From Thermoplasmata archaeon (GTDB lineage: Archaea > Thermoplasmatota > E2 > DHVEG-1), in assembly GCA_020054495.1 (NCBI GenBank), contig JAHWGK010000006.1, forward strand, positions 4,829 to 68,828: a stretch of 64,000 nucleotides of DNA, read 5' to 3'. This document shows positions 1 to 11,300 of the stretch, piece after piece. The number at the start of each line of letters is the position of its first letter. Within the stretch, counting starts at the first letter, position 1. The notes beneath the pieces are model-generated. The model saw only the letters and a program-made list of their open reading frames with translations, had not been told where the DNA came from and made no database searches. The position numbers were made by a program, and so were the translations under genes.

Positions 1-78
1 TTTGATGAAAATGATCTTTATATCGAAAATATAAACCCTGCCTATGTTATTGGTGCAGATAAATGGGAGGGAGATTAA
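1..78 (+). CDS. 3' end of an upstream gene (partial, product unknown)
   Basis: Frame +1 is open from the window edge (..[25 protein letters not shown]) and stops at TAA 76-78, 1 nt before ATG 80. Absent from the ORF track because it is truncated. Confidence 0.3.
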   Translation, partial: FDENDLYIENINPAYVIGADKWEGD

Positions 79-79
79 A

Positions 80-1180
80 ATGGTAAGTAAAGATTATTCA
101 AATGTCATTTCTAAGATAGATGCTGTTGCTGAAAAGATTTATGAAGATTTTCAAAACACAGAGATACCTTATCTCCAGCTTCCTACTCGTACTAAATCAA
201 ATATAAAATTTGATGAGAAATTTAACGTATGGAAATATGGAAAAAACACAACCGAGAGAACCGCAAAATCACTTGATGGAGCATACATGCTTCTTCGTAC
301 TATGTATATGGCTGATTTCATAAAAGAGATGATTAAGATAAAGAAATCTTCAACACTGAGAGAAATGTATTACATATCGGAGGGTTGGGATCTTGCCAAG
401 TTTCATTCTCAACAGGAATCAAATTTACTTGCAGAAGACCTAGAAGTCATTACAAGCTGCATGAGAGAAGATTTCAAACTTAGACCTGAGGAAGATGGAG
501 CACGAGTCATGGGTAATTTGACTATTGAAGAAATGACTAGAAATAACACAAAAAAGAAGATTCATTGTCAAGATGATGTAGGCGATGCAGGATATTCAAT
601 TCCATACAACGTTGAACCAGAGAAAATAACATTTAAAAGTGTTGATGCAGATTTTATTATTGCAATAGAAACAGGTGGTATGTTTGATCGTCTTGCTGAA
701 AATGGTTTTGATACTACGCACAGAGCAATTCTTGTTCATTTGAAAGGACAACCAGCTAGATCCACGAGACGTTTTATTAAAAGGCTAAACGAAGAAACAA
801 ATATTCCAGTTCTAGTTTTTACTGACTGTGACCCCTGGAGCTTTAGGATATTTGCTAGTGTTGCATATGGCGCTATTAAAACTGCACATATATCTGAGTA
901 TCTAGCAACGCCGGCCTCTCAGTATCTCGGTGTTACACCATCAGATATTGAAAACTATGATCTACCAACAGATAGTCTTACAAAAGAAGATATAAACGCA
1001 TTAAAAAGCGAACTTACTGATCCACGTTTCCAGGATTCATATTGGAAAGGAGAAATCAAACTACAACTTAAAATTGGTAAGAAATCAGAACAACAGGCTC
1101 TTGCAAAATATGGTCTTGACTATGTTACTGATACATACCTACCTGAAAAATTAGCTGAAATGGGGATTATAAAAAAATAA
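80..1180 (+). CDS. top6A: DNA topoisomerase VI subunit A (Spo11 family)
   Basis: ORF track 44..1180. Hallmarks: YYISEGW, Toprim Glu in [14 protein letters not shown], DxD in [32 protein letters not shown] 80 is preferred over ATG 44 because a GGGAGGGAG run lies just upstream and the preceding ORF stops at 78. Confidence 0.93.
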   Translation: MVSKDYSNVISKIDAVAEKIYEDFQNTEIPYLQLPTRTKSNIKFDEKFNVWKYGKNTTERTAKSLDGAYMLLRTMYMADFIKEMIKIKKSSTLREMYYISEGWDLAKFHSQQESNLLAEDLEVITSCMREDFKLRPEEDGARVMGNLTIEEMTRNNTKKKIHCQDDVGDAGYSIPYNVEPEKITFKSVDADFIIAIETGGMFDRLAENGFDTTHRAILVHLKGQPARSTRRFIKRLNEETNIPVLVFTDCDPWSFRIFASVAYGAIKTAHISEYLATPASQYLGVTPSDIENYDLPTDSLTKEDINALKSELTDPRFQDSYWKGEIKLQLKIGKKSEQQALAKYGLDYVTDTYLPEKLAEMGIIKK

Positions 1181-1205
1181 AAACAAATTATTCTTCTTTT
1201 TTACT

Positions 1206-1649
1206 TCAAAGTTCCTCAGGTGGAATTATGAGAGATCTTAATCGTAAAACACTATTTTCATCAAATTCAATATATGTTTTAGTAAATATCCCACCGTCTT
1301 CTCCTTTTGGGAAAGTATAAACATAAACTCGTTTTCCATTGATGAATTCTGGTTTTGGTTTTTCTAATTCTATTCTTTTATTTCTAACAGAAGAAAAGTG
1401 GAAATAGAAAAACAACTCAAGAACAATGAAAACACCTAATAGAGCACTTAATGCAATTATCCACGCCTCCAGATTAAACAACGCCCAGTCATGTCCATAT
1501 TCAAAGGAAGTTACACCAATAAAAAGAAAAACAACAAAAATAATAAACAAAATGGCAATAAGTAGAAATAACTTAGACAATAGAGAATATCCCCTTCGAA
1601 GTTTATCCTCAGCATTTCTTAATTCAACATTTATTTGTTTATCCGACAT
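1206..1649 (-). CDS. hypothetical membrane protein (2 predicted TM helices plus a soluble C-terminal domain)
   Basis: 147-aa ORF with hydrophobic spans LFLLIAILFIIFVVFLFIGV and AWIIALSALLGVFIVLELFFYF. No family recognised. Confidence 0.5.
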   Translation of the reverse strand: MSDKQINVELRNAEDKLRRGYSLLSKLFLLIAILFIIFVVFLFIGVTSFEYGHDWALFNLEAWIIALSALLGVFIVLELFFYFHFSSVRNKRIELEKPKPEFINGKRVYVYTFPKGEDGGIFTKTYIEFDENSVLRLRSLIIPPEEL

Positions 1650-1699
1650 AATATCTCAAATATAATGTATTATACTTATAGGCTTTTAAAACTTTCTAT

Positions 1700-2263
1700 T
1701 TATATATTTTTAATAAAATCTTTTAATTTTTCTAATGATTTACCTCTATGTGAGAACAGATTTTTCTCTTCGGTTTCCATCTGAGCAAATGTTCTGATTT
1801 CACCATCTGGTATAAAAATCGGATCGTAACCAAAACCATGTTCGCCTAGAGTCTTCTTAGAGATTATGCCAGAACATTCTCCAATAAAAAACATGGGTTT
1901 CTTACCGGATTCACCGTAAACATAAACAGATTTAAAAGTTGCTTTTCGTTTATTATCATTAAGTCCGTCTAATAGTGTCAAAATTCCAGAGCACCCAATC
2001 TTGTAAAAAACATAAGCTGAATAAACACCAGGAAAGCCATCAAGGGCATCAATAAAAAGGCCAGCGTCTTCAAGGATAAAAGGTTGATCTAACTTTTTTT
2101 GTACATATTCTGCACCAAAAAGAGCAACATTCTCGAGAGAATCTGTCTGAATCTCAGGATAACCAAGATCTTTCTGGATAATATCAATATTTAAATCTGA
2201 AAATTTCGTTTTTGCTTCAAGGATTTTACCTTTATTACCAGTGATAAAAAATAAAGTCATCAT
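1700..2263 (-). CDS. rdgB: non-canonical purine NTP pyrophosphatase (HAM1/RdgB, dITP/XTPase)
   Basis: 187 aa with FITGNKGKILE at the N-terminus, FGYDPIF and FSHRGKS motifs. ATGA overlap with bud32 upstream. Confidence 0.9.
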   Translation of the reverse strand: MMTLFFITGNKGKILEAKTKFSDLNIDIIQKDLGYPEIQTDSLENVALFGAEYVQKKLDQPFILEDAGLFIDALDGFPGVYSAYVFYKIGCSGILTLLDGLNDNKRKATFKSVYVYGESGKKPMFFIGECSGIISKKTLGEHGFGYDPIFIPDGEIRTFAQMETEEKNLFSHRGKSLEKLKDFIKNI

Positions 2264-2886
2264 CTATATCTACCTCGTTTAATAATCTCCTCTATTTTTC
2301 TTATGACAAGATTTGCATCCTCTTTTAATTCTTTTTTATACCCATCTAAAACATATTTGAAACAATTGGAATATTTAGAATGAGTCGAATCAATTGCCTC
2401 CATAAGAACATGTAGATCAACACCTTTTGCTTCTAATTCACTGTTTTTTTCACCAAGTCCAAAATCTATAAAATGAATCTTGTCATCCATAAGTATCATG
2501 TTTGAAGTTGTAATATCTCCATGGATGATATTATTATTGTGAAATTTTGCTATGTTTTCACCAATTTTTTTACAGATATCAGCACGTTCTTCTTCACTTA
2601 AATCATTTAAAATATCCTTGACTCTTTTCCCTTTTAGGTAATCCATTGTTATAATTCCTTTTTCAAGATCAACATCATAAATTGTTGGGACTGAAACCCC
2701 GTGATTACGAGCCTCTGCTATAAGTTTAGCTTCTTCTTTGGTCCTATATAAAATAAGACGATCATCGATATTTTTAATACGATATGATTTACTAATCCTT
2801 CTTTTTTGAACTACATCAAGACCTAAATATTCTGATCTGCAAATTTTTGCTTCAGCCCCTTGATATAGAATCGTATCTTCAGTCAC
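2260..2886 (-). CDS. bud32: Bud32/PRPK-type small kinase (KEOPS subunit)
   Basis: 208-aa RIO-like kinase with catalytic HGDITTSNMIL and FIDFGLG. 8-nt overlap with kae1 and 4-nt overlap with the HAM1 gene. Confidence 0.88.
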   Translation of the reverse strand: MTEDTILYQGAEAKICRSEYLGLDVVQKRRISKSYRIKNIDDRLILYRTKEEAKLIAEARNHGVSVPTIYDVDLEKGIITMDYLKGKRVKDILNDLSEEERADICKKIGENIAKFHNNNIIHGDITTSNMILMDDKIHFIDFGLGEKNSELEAKGVDLHVLMEAIDSTHSKYSNCFKYVLDGYKKELKEDANLVIRKIEEIIKRGRYR

Positions 2887-3874
2887 GCCAGCTCACATCC
2901 ACCATATCAGTTCTAAAACGCTGATCAATAAAGCTATTCTCAACCTTCATCCTAATGCCACTATTGTACATAAGCACACCAAGCCAAGCTATCATTGCTC
3001 CATTATCTATGCAAAGGTCCTTTGATGGAACAAAAAAAGACGCACCGCGTTCTTTAGCCATAGTTTGAACCATGTCTCTTAATCTTTTATTTGCAGCTAC
3101 ACCTCCACCAAGAAGTACCTCGTCCTTTTCAGTATGTGCTATAGCTCTTTCTGTAACTTCAGTAAGAGCAGCAAAAGTTGTTTCTTGAATAGAATAACAT
3201 ATATCTTCCAGTTTCTCACCGTTGCTATAGAAATTTTCAGCTGCGGTAAGAAGACCAGAAAATGCAATATCCATTCCTTTAATTGAGTAAGGTAATTCAA
3301 AATATTCTTTCCCCAGACTTGCGAGTTTTTCAATTTTTGGACCACTTGGAAACTCAAGTCCAACGCTCCGACCAAATTTGTCAAGACAATTACCAATTCC
3401 TATATCAAGTGTCTCACCGAAAACACGATATCTGCCCTCTGCAAACGCAATAACTTGGGTATTCGCGCCAGATGTATACAACAAAACAGGGTCCATACAA
3501 TCACGTAATGTTCCTCGCCCAATCTCAAGATGAGCAACACAATGATTTACACCCATAATTGGTTTTTTTAGTGAAAGAGATAATGCTCGTGCAGCAGTCG
3601 CAGCAGTTCTAAGGCAAGGACCAAGCCCAGGGCCATTTGAAAAGGAAATAAGGTCAATGTTAGTGAAATCAATTTGAGCTTTTTCGACAGATTCCCTTAT
3701 TAAATCTGCGATGTGATTGGCATGATGATTTGCTGCCTCACGTGGATGAATACCGCCTTTTTCCGGGTGATAAATCTTAATAACATTAGAAATAACTTCG
3801 CATTTTCCACCCATATCTCTAATAATACCTACCCCGATAGAATGGGCCGTTCCTTCTATACCAAGACAAATCAT
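2879..3874 (-). CDS. kae1: tRNA N6-adenosine threonylcarbamoyltransferase Kae1
   Basis: 331 aa with GIEGTAHSIGVGI at the N-terminus, a metal-binding His pair (VNHCVAHLEIG), GGGVAANKRL and DNGAMIA motifs. Confidence 0.95.
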   Translation of the reverse strand: MICLGIEGTAHSIGVGIIRDMGGKCEVISNVIKIYHPEKGGIHPREAANHHANHIADLIRESVEKAQIDFTNIDLISFSNGPGLGPCLRTAATAARALSLSLKKPIMGVNHCVAHLEIGRGTLRDCMDPVLLYTSGANTQVIAFAEGRYRVFGETLDIGIGNCLDKFGRSVGLEFPSGPKIEKLASLGKEYFELPYSIKGMDIAFSGLLTAAENFYSNGEKLEDICYSIQETTFAALTEVTERAIAHTEKDEVLLGGGVAANKRLRDMVQTMAKERGASFFVPSKDLCIDNGAMIAWLGVLMYNSGIRMKVENSFIDQRFRTDMVDVSWRD

Positions 3875-3967
3875 GATAAAGAGTTGTAAGTAAGAAGAAT
3901 ATAAAATAAATTTGGTTTACAAATATACCTAAGGCTCCATCATAAACAAAAAATGGTAATTTATATT

Positions 3968-4222
3968 TTACAAACTCTTATAGAAGACTTGGGTGGACTT
4001 CCTTTTTTTATATAGTATATGAGCGTATTTTTTATGGAGCCGTTCATGTTCTTTAAGAGCGAATTCATATCCTATTTTATCTCCTCTTTCTTTTGCCTCT
4101 TTCATTTTTTTAGCAATTTTATTTATTTCCTCTAGAGCTTCTTCAATTGAGGGTTCAAACTCATTATTCATTTTGCCTATCCCGCCCAATCCATCACAAT
4201 TTTCAGAACATTCATGTATCAT
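3968..4222 (-). CDS. small helical hypothetical protein, translationally coupled to the upstream surface-protein gene
   Basis: 84-aa ORF. Its ATG overlaps the TGA of ORF 4219..5202 (ATGA, plus-strand tcat at 4219-4222). Charged, helix-prone sequence (EEALEEINKIAKKMKEAKERGDK). The internal start MNNEF (4171) is also possible. Confidence 0.4.
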   Translation of the reverse strand: MIHECSENCDGLGGIGKMNNEFEPSIEEALEEINKIAKKMKEAKERGDKIGYEFALKEHERLHKKYAHILYKKRKSTQVFYKSL

Positions 4223-5202
4223 TCTTCGATTACATATTCCTCTTCATAAAGGAAAAAAACACCTGTTTTAAAGAGCAGAAATATGATAATTATAACAGTT
4301 AAAACTATCCCTAAAATCACGTATAGCCACGGAAAAGACTCATAACGTGCTACAATAATCCCATCGTAAGTATGATCCCAAGAGCCATCTCTTGTGGTAT
4401 CAAGATAGGTTATACCATTTTCAACTTTTACTTTCGTATGGGAATTTGTTTGTGAATTGTACAGAATGTCACTTTGTTCATCTCCATCTGTATCCACAAG
4501 ATAATAGGTTGTCGCACCAATATTTATTTTTATTACATCGTTAATATCTTTTGGATTTGATCCACAGGATTCTTCAAAAGTATCAGATAGCCCATCATTG
4601 TCATCATCGTAGTCACCTGAATAATTCCCATCAGATGATTCATCATCAGGTGTTCCATCACCATCAGTATCTAGTGGATATTCATTTGGATCTTCAGGAT
4701 TTTTTCCATATGATTCTTCAACTTCATTGTTCCAACCATCGCTATCCAAATCAAGTGAAATAACAATATTTACGATTAAAGGTGGAGACCAATTGCTTTC
4801 AACTGTGTAAGCGCTTCTATGTTTAATCCTAACCTCATAAACACCATAGGAAGCCCAACTATAAACTTGAGAAATAAAAGTATCAGACTCTACCACGTCT
4901 ATCCAATCACTATAGTTACCATCACCCCAATCAAACATCCAACAAGAACCTACCTCTGAAGTATATTCAAAATATACATGGTCTACGTTAATATTACCAG
5001 TAGTGTTGCCTGAGGGAGAGGCTGGAGTGTAATGGCTAGAACCAGCAATAACATAAATATCATTAGAACAGAAAAATATAACAAAAAAGGAAAAGAGCAG
5101 AATAAAAGAAACTAATGAAAAAAAAGATGCAGACTTTAATCTTTTGAATTTTGGATTCTTTTTTAAAGTAATTAAATGTTTTAACATCTTTTTGCATCCC
5201 AT
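4219..5202 (-). CDS. membrane-anchored surface protein: PKD-like domain, TSP3-like Ca-binding Asp repeats, C-terminal FPW-TM-acidic tail
   Basis: 327 aa. N-terminal hydrophobic signal or anchor (FFSLVSFILLFSFFVIFF). PKD-type FDWGDGNYSDW motif. DxDxDG runs (LDSDGW, DTDGDGTPDD, DDDNDGLSD). C-terminal FPWLYVILGIVLTVIIIIFLLF followed by YEEEYVIEE. Confidence 0.75.
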   Translation of the reverse strand: MGCKKMLKHLITLKKNPKFKRLKSASFFSLVSFILLFSFFVIFFCSNDIYVIAGSSHYTPASPSGNTTGNINVDHVYFEYTSEVGSCWMFDWGDGNYSDWIDVVESDTFISQVYSWASYGVYEVRIKHRSAYTVESNWSPPLIVNIVISLDLDSDGWNNEVEESYGKNPEDPNEYPLDTDGDGTPDDESSDGNYSGDYDDDNDGLSDTFEESCGSNPKDINDVIKINIGATTYYLVDTDGDEQSDILYNSQTNSHTKVKVENGITYLDTTRDGSWDHTYDGIIVARYESFPWLYVILGIVLTVIIIIFLLFKTGVFFLYEEEYVIEE

Positions 5203-5306
5203 TATATAACTACCATACAGTATGTTATTATGATTTTTTATGCATCCGCATTAGCAACAAAAAATGAATATTACTCTATATAAAACTTTGTTTTAAATAA
5301 GGAATA

Positions 5307-8300
5307 TCAGTTTTCCTCAAACCATATTCTATAACCTGTTAAGTAAAGAACTAAAATAATTACAATAATTGCAATAACTATTCCAATTATCACAAGGCTC
5401 CACGGAAAATCGTCTGAGGACGCTTCTTCGCTATAAACTGTAATTTCACCACTTGCTGGATTGTATATATAATCCCATTTTGCATCCCCGTCCATATCAA
5501 TTAGATAATTGCCATCATCTGTTACATCCACAGTTGTTATTCTACCAACAGGATTGCAAAATTTATTAATTATACCATCCTTATCTGAATCTATCAAATA
5601 ATATTCTCTTCCTTCTATATCAACTACTATAACATCTGAATTATTATAAGGATCAGACCCCCATGTTTCTTCTAGATGATCAACAAGTCCATCATTATCA
5701 TCGTCTTCATCATACTCGTCTGGTAATCTATCTCCATCATTATCAATTGGACTGTCATTTGGATCTGACTTATTTGTATTAAACTCCACTTCTTCTAAAT
5801 CCGACCAGCCATCACCATCTGAGTCGAGTTCAATAGTTACTGCGGTTTTATTATTGTTTGACAGCCCAGCATTATCTATTACTTTAAGTGTTATATTGTA
5901 CAAACCTGGATTTACATATGTATAGGTTACTTGTTCACCGAAAAATATTGTTCCATCTCCAAGATTCCATGTATAATTGGTAATTGTTCCATCTGTATCA
6001 TAACTTCCTGATCCATCAAAGAATATATTTTCAAATGTTAATCCGAAGTATGGCCCCCCTGCATTTGCTACAGGTAAACCAGCAACAATTATGGTATTAA
6101 TAATAAAGAAGCATGTTTCATAATTACCAATATTTTCATTTGAACTTGCATCTCTTGCTTTCACATAAAATGTATGTGTACCATCTTCAATGGTACTAGT
6201 AGAGGTCCATGAAGTAACATTTCCAATCCAAATATCTGAACCATCATCTATTTTAACATAATAACCAGCGACACCACTTAAATCAGTTGCTGCGTCCCAG
6301 CTGAACGAGGGTGTATTATCAGTTTCTGGTGTTGTACATCCAACATTAGTTGGAGCAGTTGGAGCGGTTGTATCTCCTCCAGCCGGAGGAGGAGGATCAC
6401 CATTATCTGACTCTATATTTTTTACAGTTATATTAGTAGAATCTCCTGTATAACTATCTTTTGAAGTATATATCGGAAAGATAGTATCGGAGCTTACAGA
6501 TGGTGCAGTAAATGTTGTTTGTCCGTTTGAATTTGTTTGTTTAGTAACACTATTAAATGTCACATATGCACCTTGAACTAATGAGTTAAATTGAGTTTTA
6601 ACTGTTACAATAAAATTATTGCCTTCATCCACTGAAGAAACTGTATTAATTGATAATATGTAGTAATTCTCAAACTTATAAATTAACGGATATTTATCTT
6701 GATTACTACCGCCACTTATGTTATATTCTGAATCAACTATTCCATTGCTATTATTATCCCATGCTCCTTCTCCAGATTCGTCGAAATCATCCCAATAATT
6801 TCCGTTTAATAGAGTAATATTATACCAAGAATTATTTGAATCATCATATGCTTGTTGAGAATTATTGATAAAATTATTGTGATAAATAGTATTGTTAAAT
6901 CCATCTGATTCGTATACGCCCTTAGAGTTATTTTTTATAGTATTTTTATAAATATTGTTATAAGTTGAATCCTCAATAGATATACCTTGGAGATTATCTG
7001 TTATTGAGTTTCCAAATACTGTCGTATTTGCTGATGTACCAAAGATATATACCCCATCAGCAAAACTAAGATTATTCGATATAAGAGTATTATTAAAAAT
7101 ACTAGTTTTTTGTGAATCCTCAATCCATATGCAAGCTAAATCTGCATTCGTAATATTATTTTCAAAAATATTGGTATGAGTAGTCTCTAATATCCAAATT
7201 CCTATCCAAGAGTTATTTATTTTATTATAACTAATATTATTGTAACCGTAAGTTGTACCTCCTCCAGTATCAATTTCGATTCCATCGTCACAATCTTTGA
7301 TAAAGTTATGATGAATGTCTGAGTAATTTGACGAAACATAAATTGCTGCTAAAAGCATATCACTGTTTTGTAATGTAAATCTTGTTATTTCTACAGAGTC
7401 ATTATTGACTAGTAATATATAATCTTGATTTAATCCATCAATAATTGTGGAATTAATATCCTCTCCAATAAGCGATATTGATTTGTTAATATTAATATTA
7501 TATTCATTATATGTTCCATTAAAAACAAAAACTGTATCACTATTTGAAGAATTATTAATTCCATCCTTTATTGAATCAAAACAATATATTCCCCAACCTG
7601 GAGTGTTACTATTAAAGTCATCATTAACAAATATTTTTTGCACTGGACCTGGGTTAATTAGGGGATAATAATCAACATTACTTCCTCCTGATATGTTATA
7701 TTGTGAATCACCAATTCCCTCACCATTTAAATCTAATCCAGTGTAATTATCCCAATAATTTCCACCAATTGGATAACTCTTATTCCAATTGTTAGTTCCA
7801 GAATCATAACCATGTATGGTATTATTTATGAAATTATTATGATATATAGTATTATTTATTGAGTAGGAATTTTGATATACGCCATAAAAAGAATTATCTG
7901 AAATATTATTATTAAAAATGTTGTTGTATGATGAATCATAAAAGTATATTCCAATATAACTTCCTATGATATTGTTGTTAGATATATTATTATTAGATGA
8001 ATATGGTGAATCAATACCAGAAAACATATTGTTATTAATGGTGTTGTCAGTAACGTTCATGTCTGATGAATCCCATATACGTATGCCTCCATCATTGCAA
8101 TCACTAATATTATTTTCAAAAATGTTTGAAAAAGATGAATATCCAAAATCTACACCATAATAAGAGTGATTTGTGATAATATTATCTTTAACAGTATTAT
8201 TTTGAGAATAACCAATAATTATACCACCACCAAAATTATGGTATATAATATTGTCACTTATGTTGTTATTATTCAATTCTTCAAGCCAGAGGATGCCATA

Positions 8301-11300
8301 ATAGTTATTTACAACAATATTATCATAAATCTTATTATTATTTGAACTTACTTGTATGCCTGAATAATAATCAGTGGTAATGTTTTTGTTATGAGAGTCA
8401 CCCATTATTGACCAATTAACCGAGCTAAAAGCCATATCTCCAGCATTCATAATAGTAAATCCAGTTAAATTTACCCAATCAGAAGAAATGGTAACAACAG
8501 TTCCACTTTCATTTGAATCAATTATCGTTGAATTCTTATCCGCCCCCGTCAAATCAATTGTTTTGTCAATATTTATTTTTTCTTGGTAGGTTCCAGAATA
8601 GACAAAGATATCATCTCCTTCAAAAACCTCATCAATAGCATTTTGAATTGTTTGATAGGGATTGTTTTGTGTTCCAAGCCATGGACCTGCAATATTATCA
8701 TCATCAACATAAATAGTCCCATTTAATGAACCTGCCCAGGGATTTATTAGAGGATATCGGTCTTTACTATTATTTTGTCCTGAAATATTGTACGATGTAT
8801 CCCCTATTCCATCTACATTTAAATCCACACCTGAATAATTTTCCCACCAGTTACCACCACGTAAACGATATTCACTCAGATTGCCGTTATCCCAGGGATT
8901 ATTAGTGCCGTTATCAAAAGCATTAAGTGTATTATTGAAATTATTATGGTAAATAGAATTATTAGAACAATCTATGTTAACAATTATGCCAATATTATTG
9001 TTAAAAATTTCATTATCAGTTAATATGTTGTTATAAGATATATTGGTATAGCTGACTCCTAGAGAATGATTTGAAATATTAGTATCGGTTATTGTAATAT
9101 TTTCAGATGCATTTATACAAATACCTGTAACTGAGCTATTAAATATTGCACAATTTGTAATGGAAATATTCGACGAGGATTCCACATATAAACAAAAGGA
9201 TCCATTTCGTACTGTAAATTGTGTTATATTCACTGAGTTTCTATTTTGAATTTGTATCGTTCTTCCTGAAATCCCATTAGCATCAATAAATGTTGTATCT
9301 TTATTAATACCTGCTAAAGATATATTTTTATTGATACTCACATTTTCTGGATATATACCAGCTGGAACTAGTATATTATGGTCATCAAGTGTGTCAGTAT
9401 CATTTATTGATTCTTGAATTGTATCGAATAACTCATTCGTATCAATATTGAAAACGCCAACATTGACTGTTTGATTTCTTTCATTATCTGTATAGCTGTC
9501 TTCTGTAACGGCAGGACTGGATACATTCATACTAACATTATACGAACCTGCAGAAGGTGTCCAATTAAAACTTACCTGTTGAGAGGTTTGATTTGTAAAG
9601 GTTCCAATTGTAGTTGAGTTTTCTTCAGCGCCATTTATTCGAAAACTAACCAAGACATTCGTCTCATCGTTGTTGCCACTGTTATAAACAGTTGCATTTA
9701 CATGAATTGTTATATTGGATTTTACAGGATTTGTAGCATCTATATCTAAGGTTTGCACACCAACATTATGATCAAGTAACGTTGGAGGTTTAATTCGTTG
9801 TGCTGGATCTCCAAATAATAGACAACCTTGGATAATAGCCCGCCAGGTCCCATAAGAATAATCCCAGTTGATAGTTGGAGCCATCGTGTCCTTAGAAAAG
9901 GCCATGGCCTTTCCGAGTTGCCAATTGAAAGTACTTCCAGAGTTATTTGTTGTATCAAAAAAGTAGTCCCAGAAACATTTCTGTTGAAGTGAACTGCTTG
10001 AGTTTGTAGAATATAAGTTGCCCCATCCATAGCATGTGTTATAGACGCAGGCAAATGCTAGTTCAGTATCACTATGAAAAAGCATTGAGTGAAGCACACC
10101 ATCATCTGCAGCATCCATATCACCACTATGACACCCATAATCATGTAAAAAGAAAGGTTTTGTATTATGGTAGTCAGACTCCCAATTAGCATAATATACA
10201 TCTAAAGAATAATATTCATTCGCATGAGCAATGCCACTTAGAAGCGTAACATAATCATTGTTAATTGCATTTTTCAAACCAGCAATAGCTGCAGAATCTG
10301 AGCCACCTTGCCAACCAACATTAGGAGGTTCTGCAGTCCATTTAACAGAGAGGTTATATTCAACACCAGGATTTGTTGCATTCCAAGTTTCAAAACCATA
10401 TTGATAACCAAGCCAACTAGGATATGGACCATCACTATTAGGATCTGGGCCAAGCCAATTAGAGGTACCCTTAATCGCACTAAAATCAATGAAGTCATCC
10501 CCTTGACAAGACCATCCAGTATCACCACCATAAAAAGCTGCACTATCTAAATAGTCAGTAAATACAGAATCTGCATAATAGAAACTTTTATTCATCCAAT
10601 TTGAAACATCTTGCGGTGTATCACAAGTAATACGCCCGATATACATTTCAGCATATAAGTCAAAACCACTATCGCCTTCTTCTCCCCAATATGAATCGCC
10701 ATCCTCATTGAATGAATTGTCGAGATGATTCCAATAAATATCAGAATCAACATCAGATTCAAATACATATTTCATTTCTCTTGCTGGAATCCATTCGTCA
10801 TCCCCACCGATAAATATGTAACTGGCCCCCCAATCCTGATAAGCATCTTTACAAAATTCTCTTATATGTGCCGCTGTGTCATTGAATAGAGCAGTACCCT
10901 TCCAATAATCTGAACAATTATTGATATCTTGTATTGTAACTAGTGTACAATTTAAGCCGTCATCAGCCAAGTGCTTGTCCATTAAACTTGTCCAGTTATT
11001 TGGTGTAGTTGAGTTCGTTTCCCAATGATCAAGATTATTTTGTGTCGTCGTAATAATTACATAATCATAATCATCAATTGGACTGCATAGCCCACCAGAA
11101 TAATCTAAGATTGGAAAATTAGTAATTTCATATCTATCAATTATTTCTGGATTATTTACTAGGTTCGTCACCCATTCTTCATCTTCTTTGTTGTTTCGAT
11201 AAAACGAATTAAAAAATCCATTATCTTCAAGATCGATATTAACATTTAATTCAGGATAAAATGTTAATCTCCCTAAACCAGGAACATACTGTAAAGGATT

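Noticed and set aside
7447-10550. Several 64-102 aa ORFs on either strand inside the 2173-aa gene (7447..7668, 7966..8160, 9746..10054, 10274..10543, 10308..10550, and 11640..11822 nearby)
   Set aside because: They are fully embedded in a long ORF with clear domain content. Their translations are low-complexity and lack motifs. The same reasoning applies to embedded ORFs in ileS, truD, kae1, the AOR gene, purH, arcS, the C25 gene and the CARDB gene.
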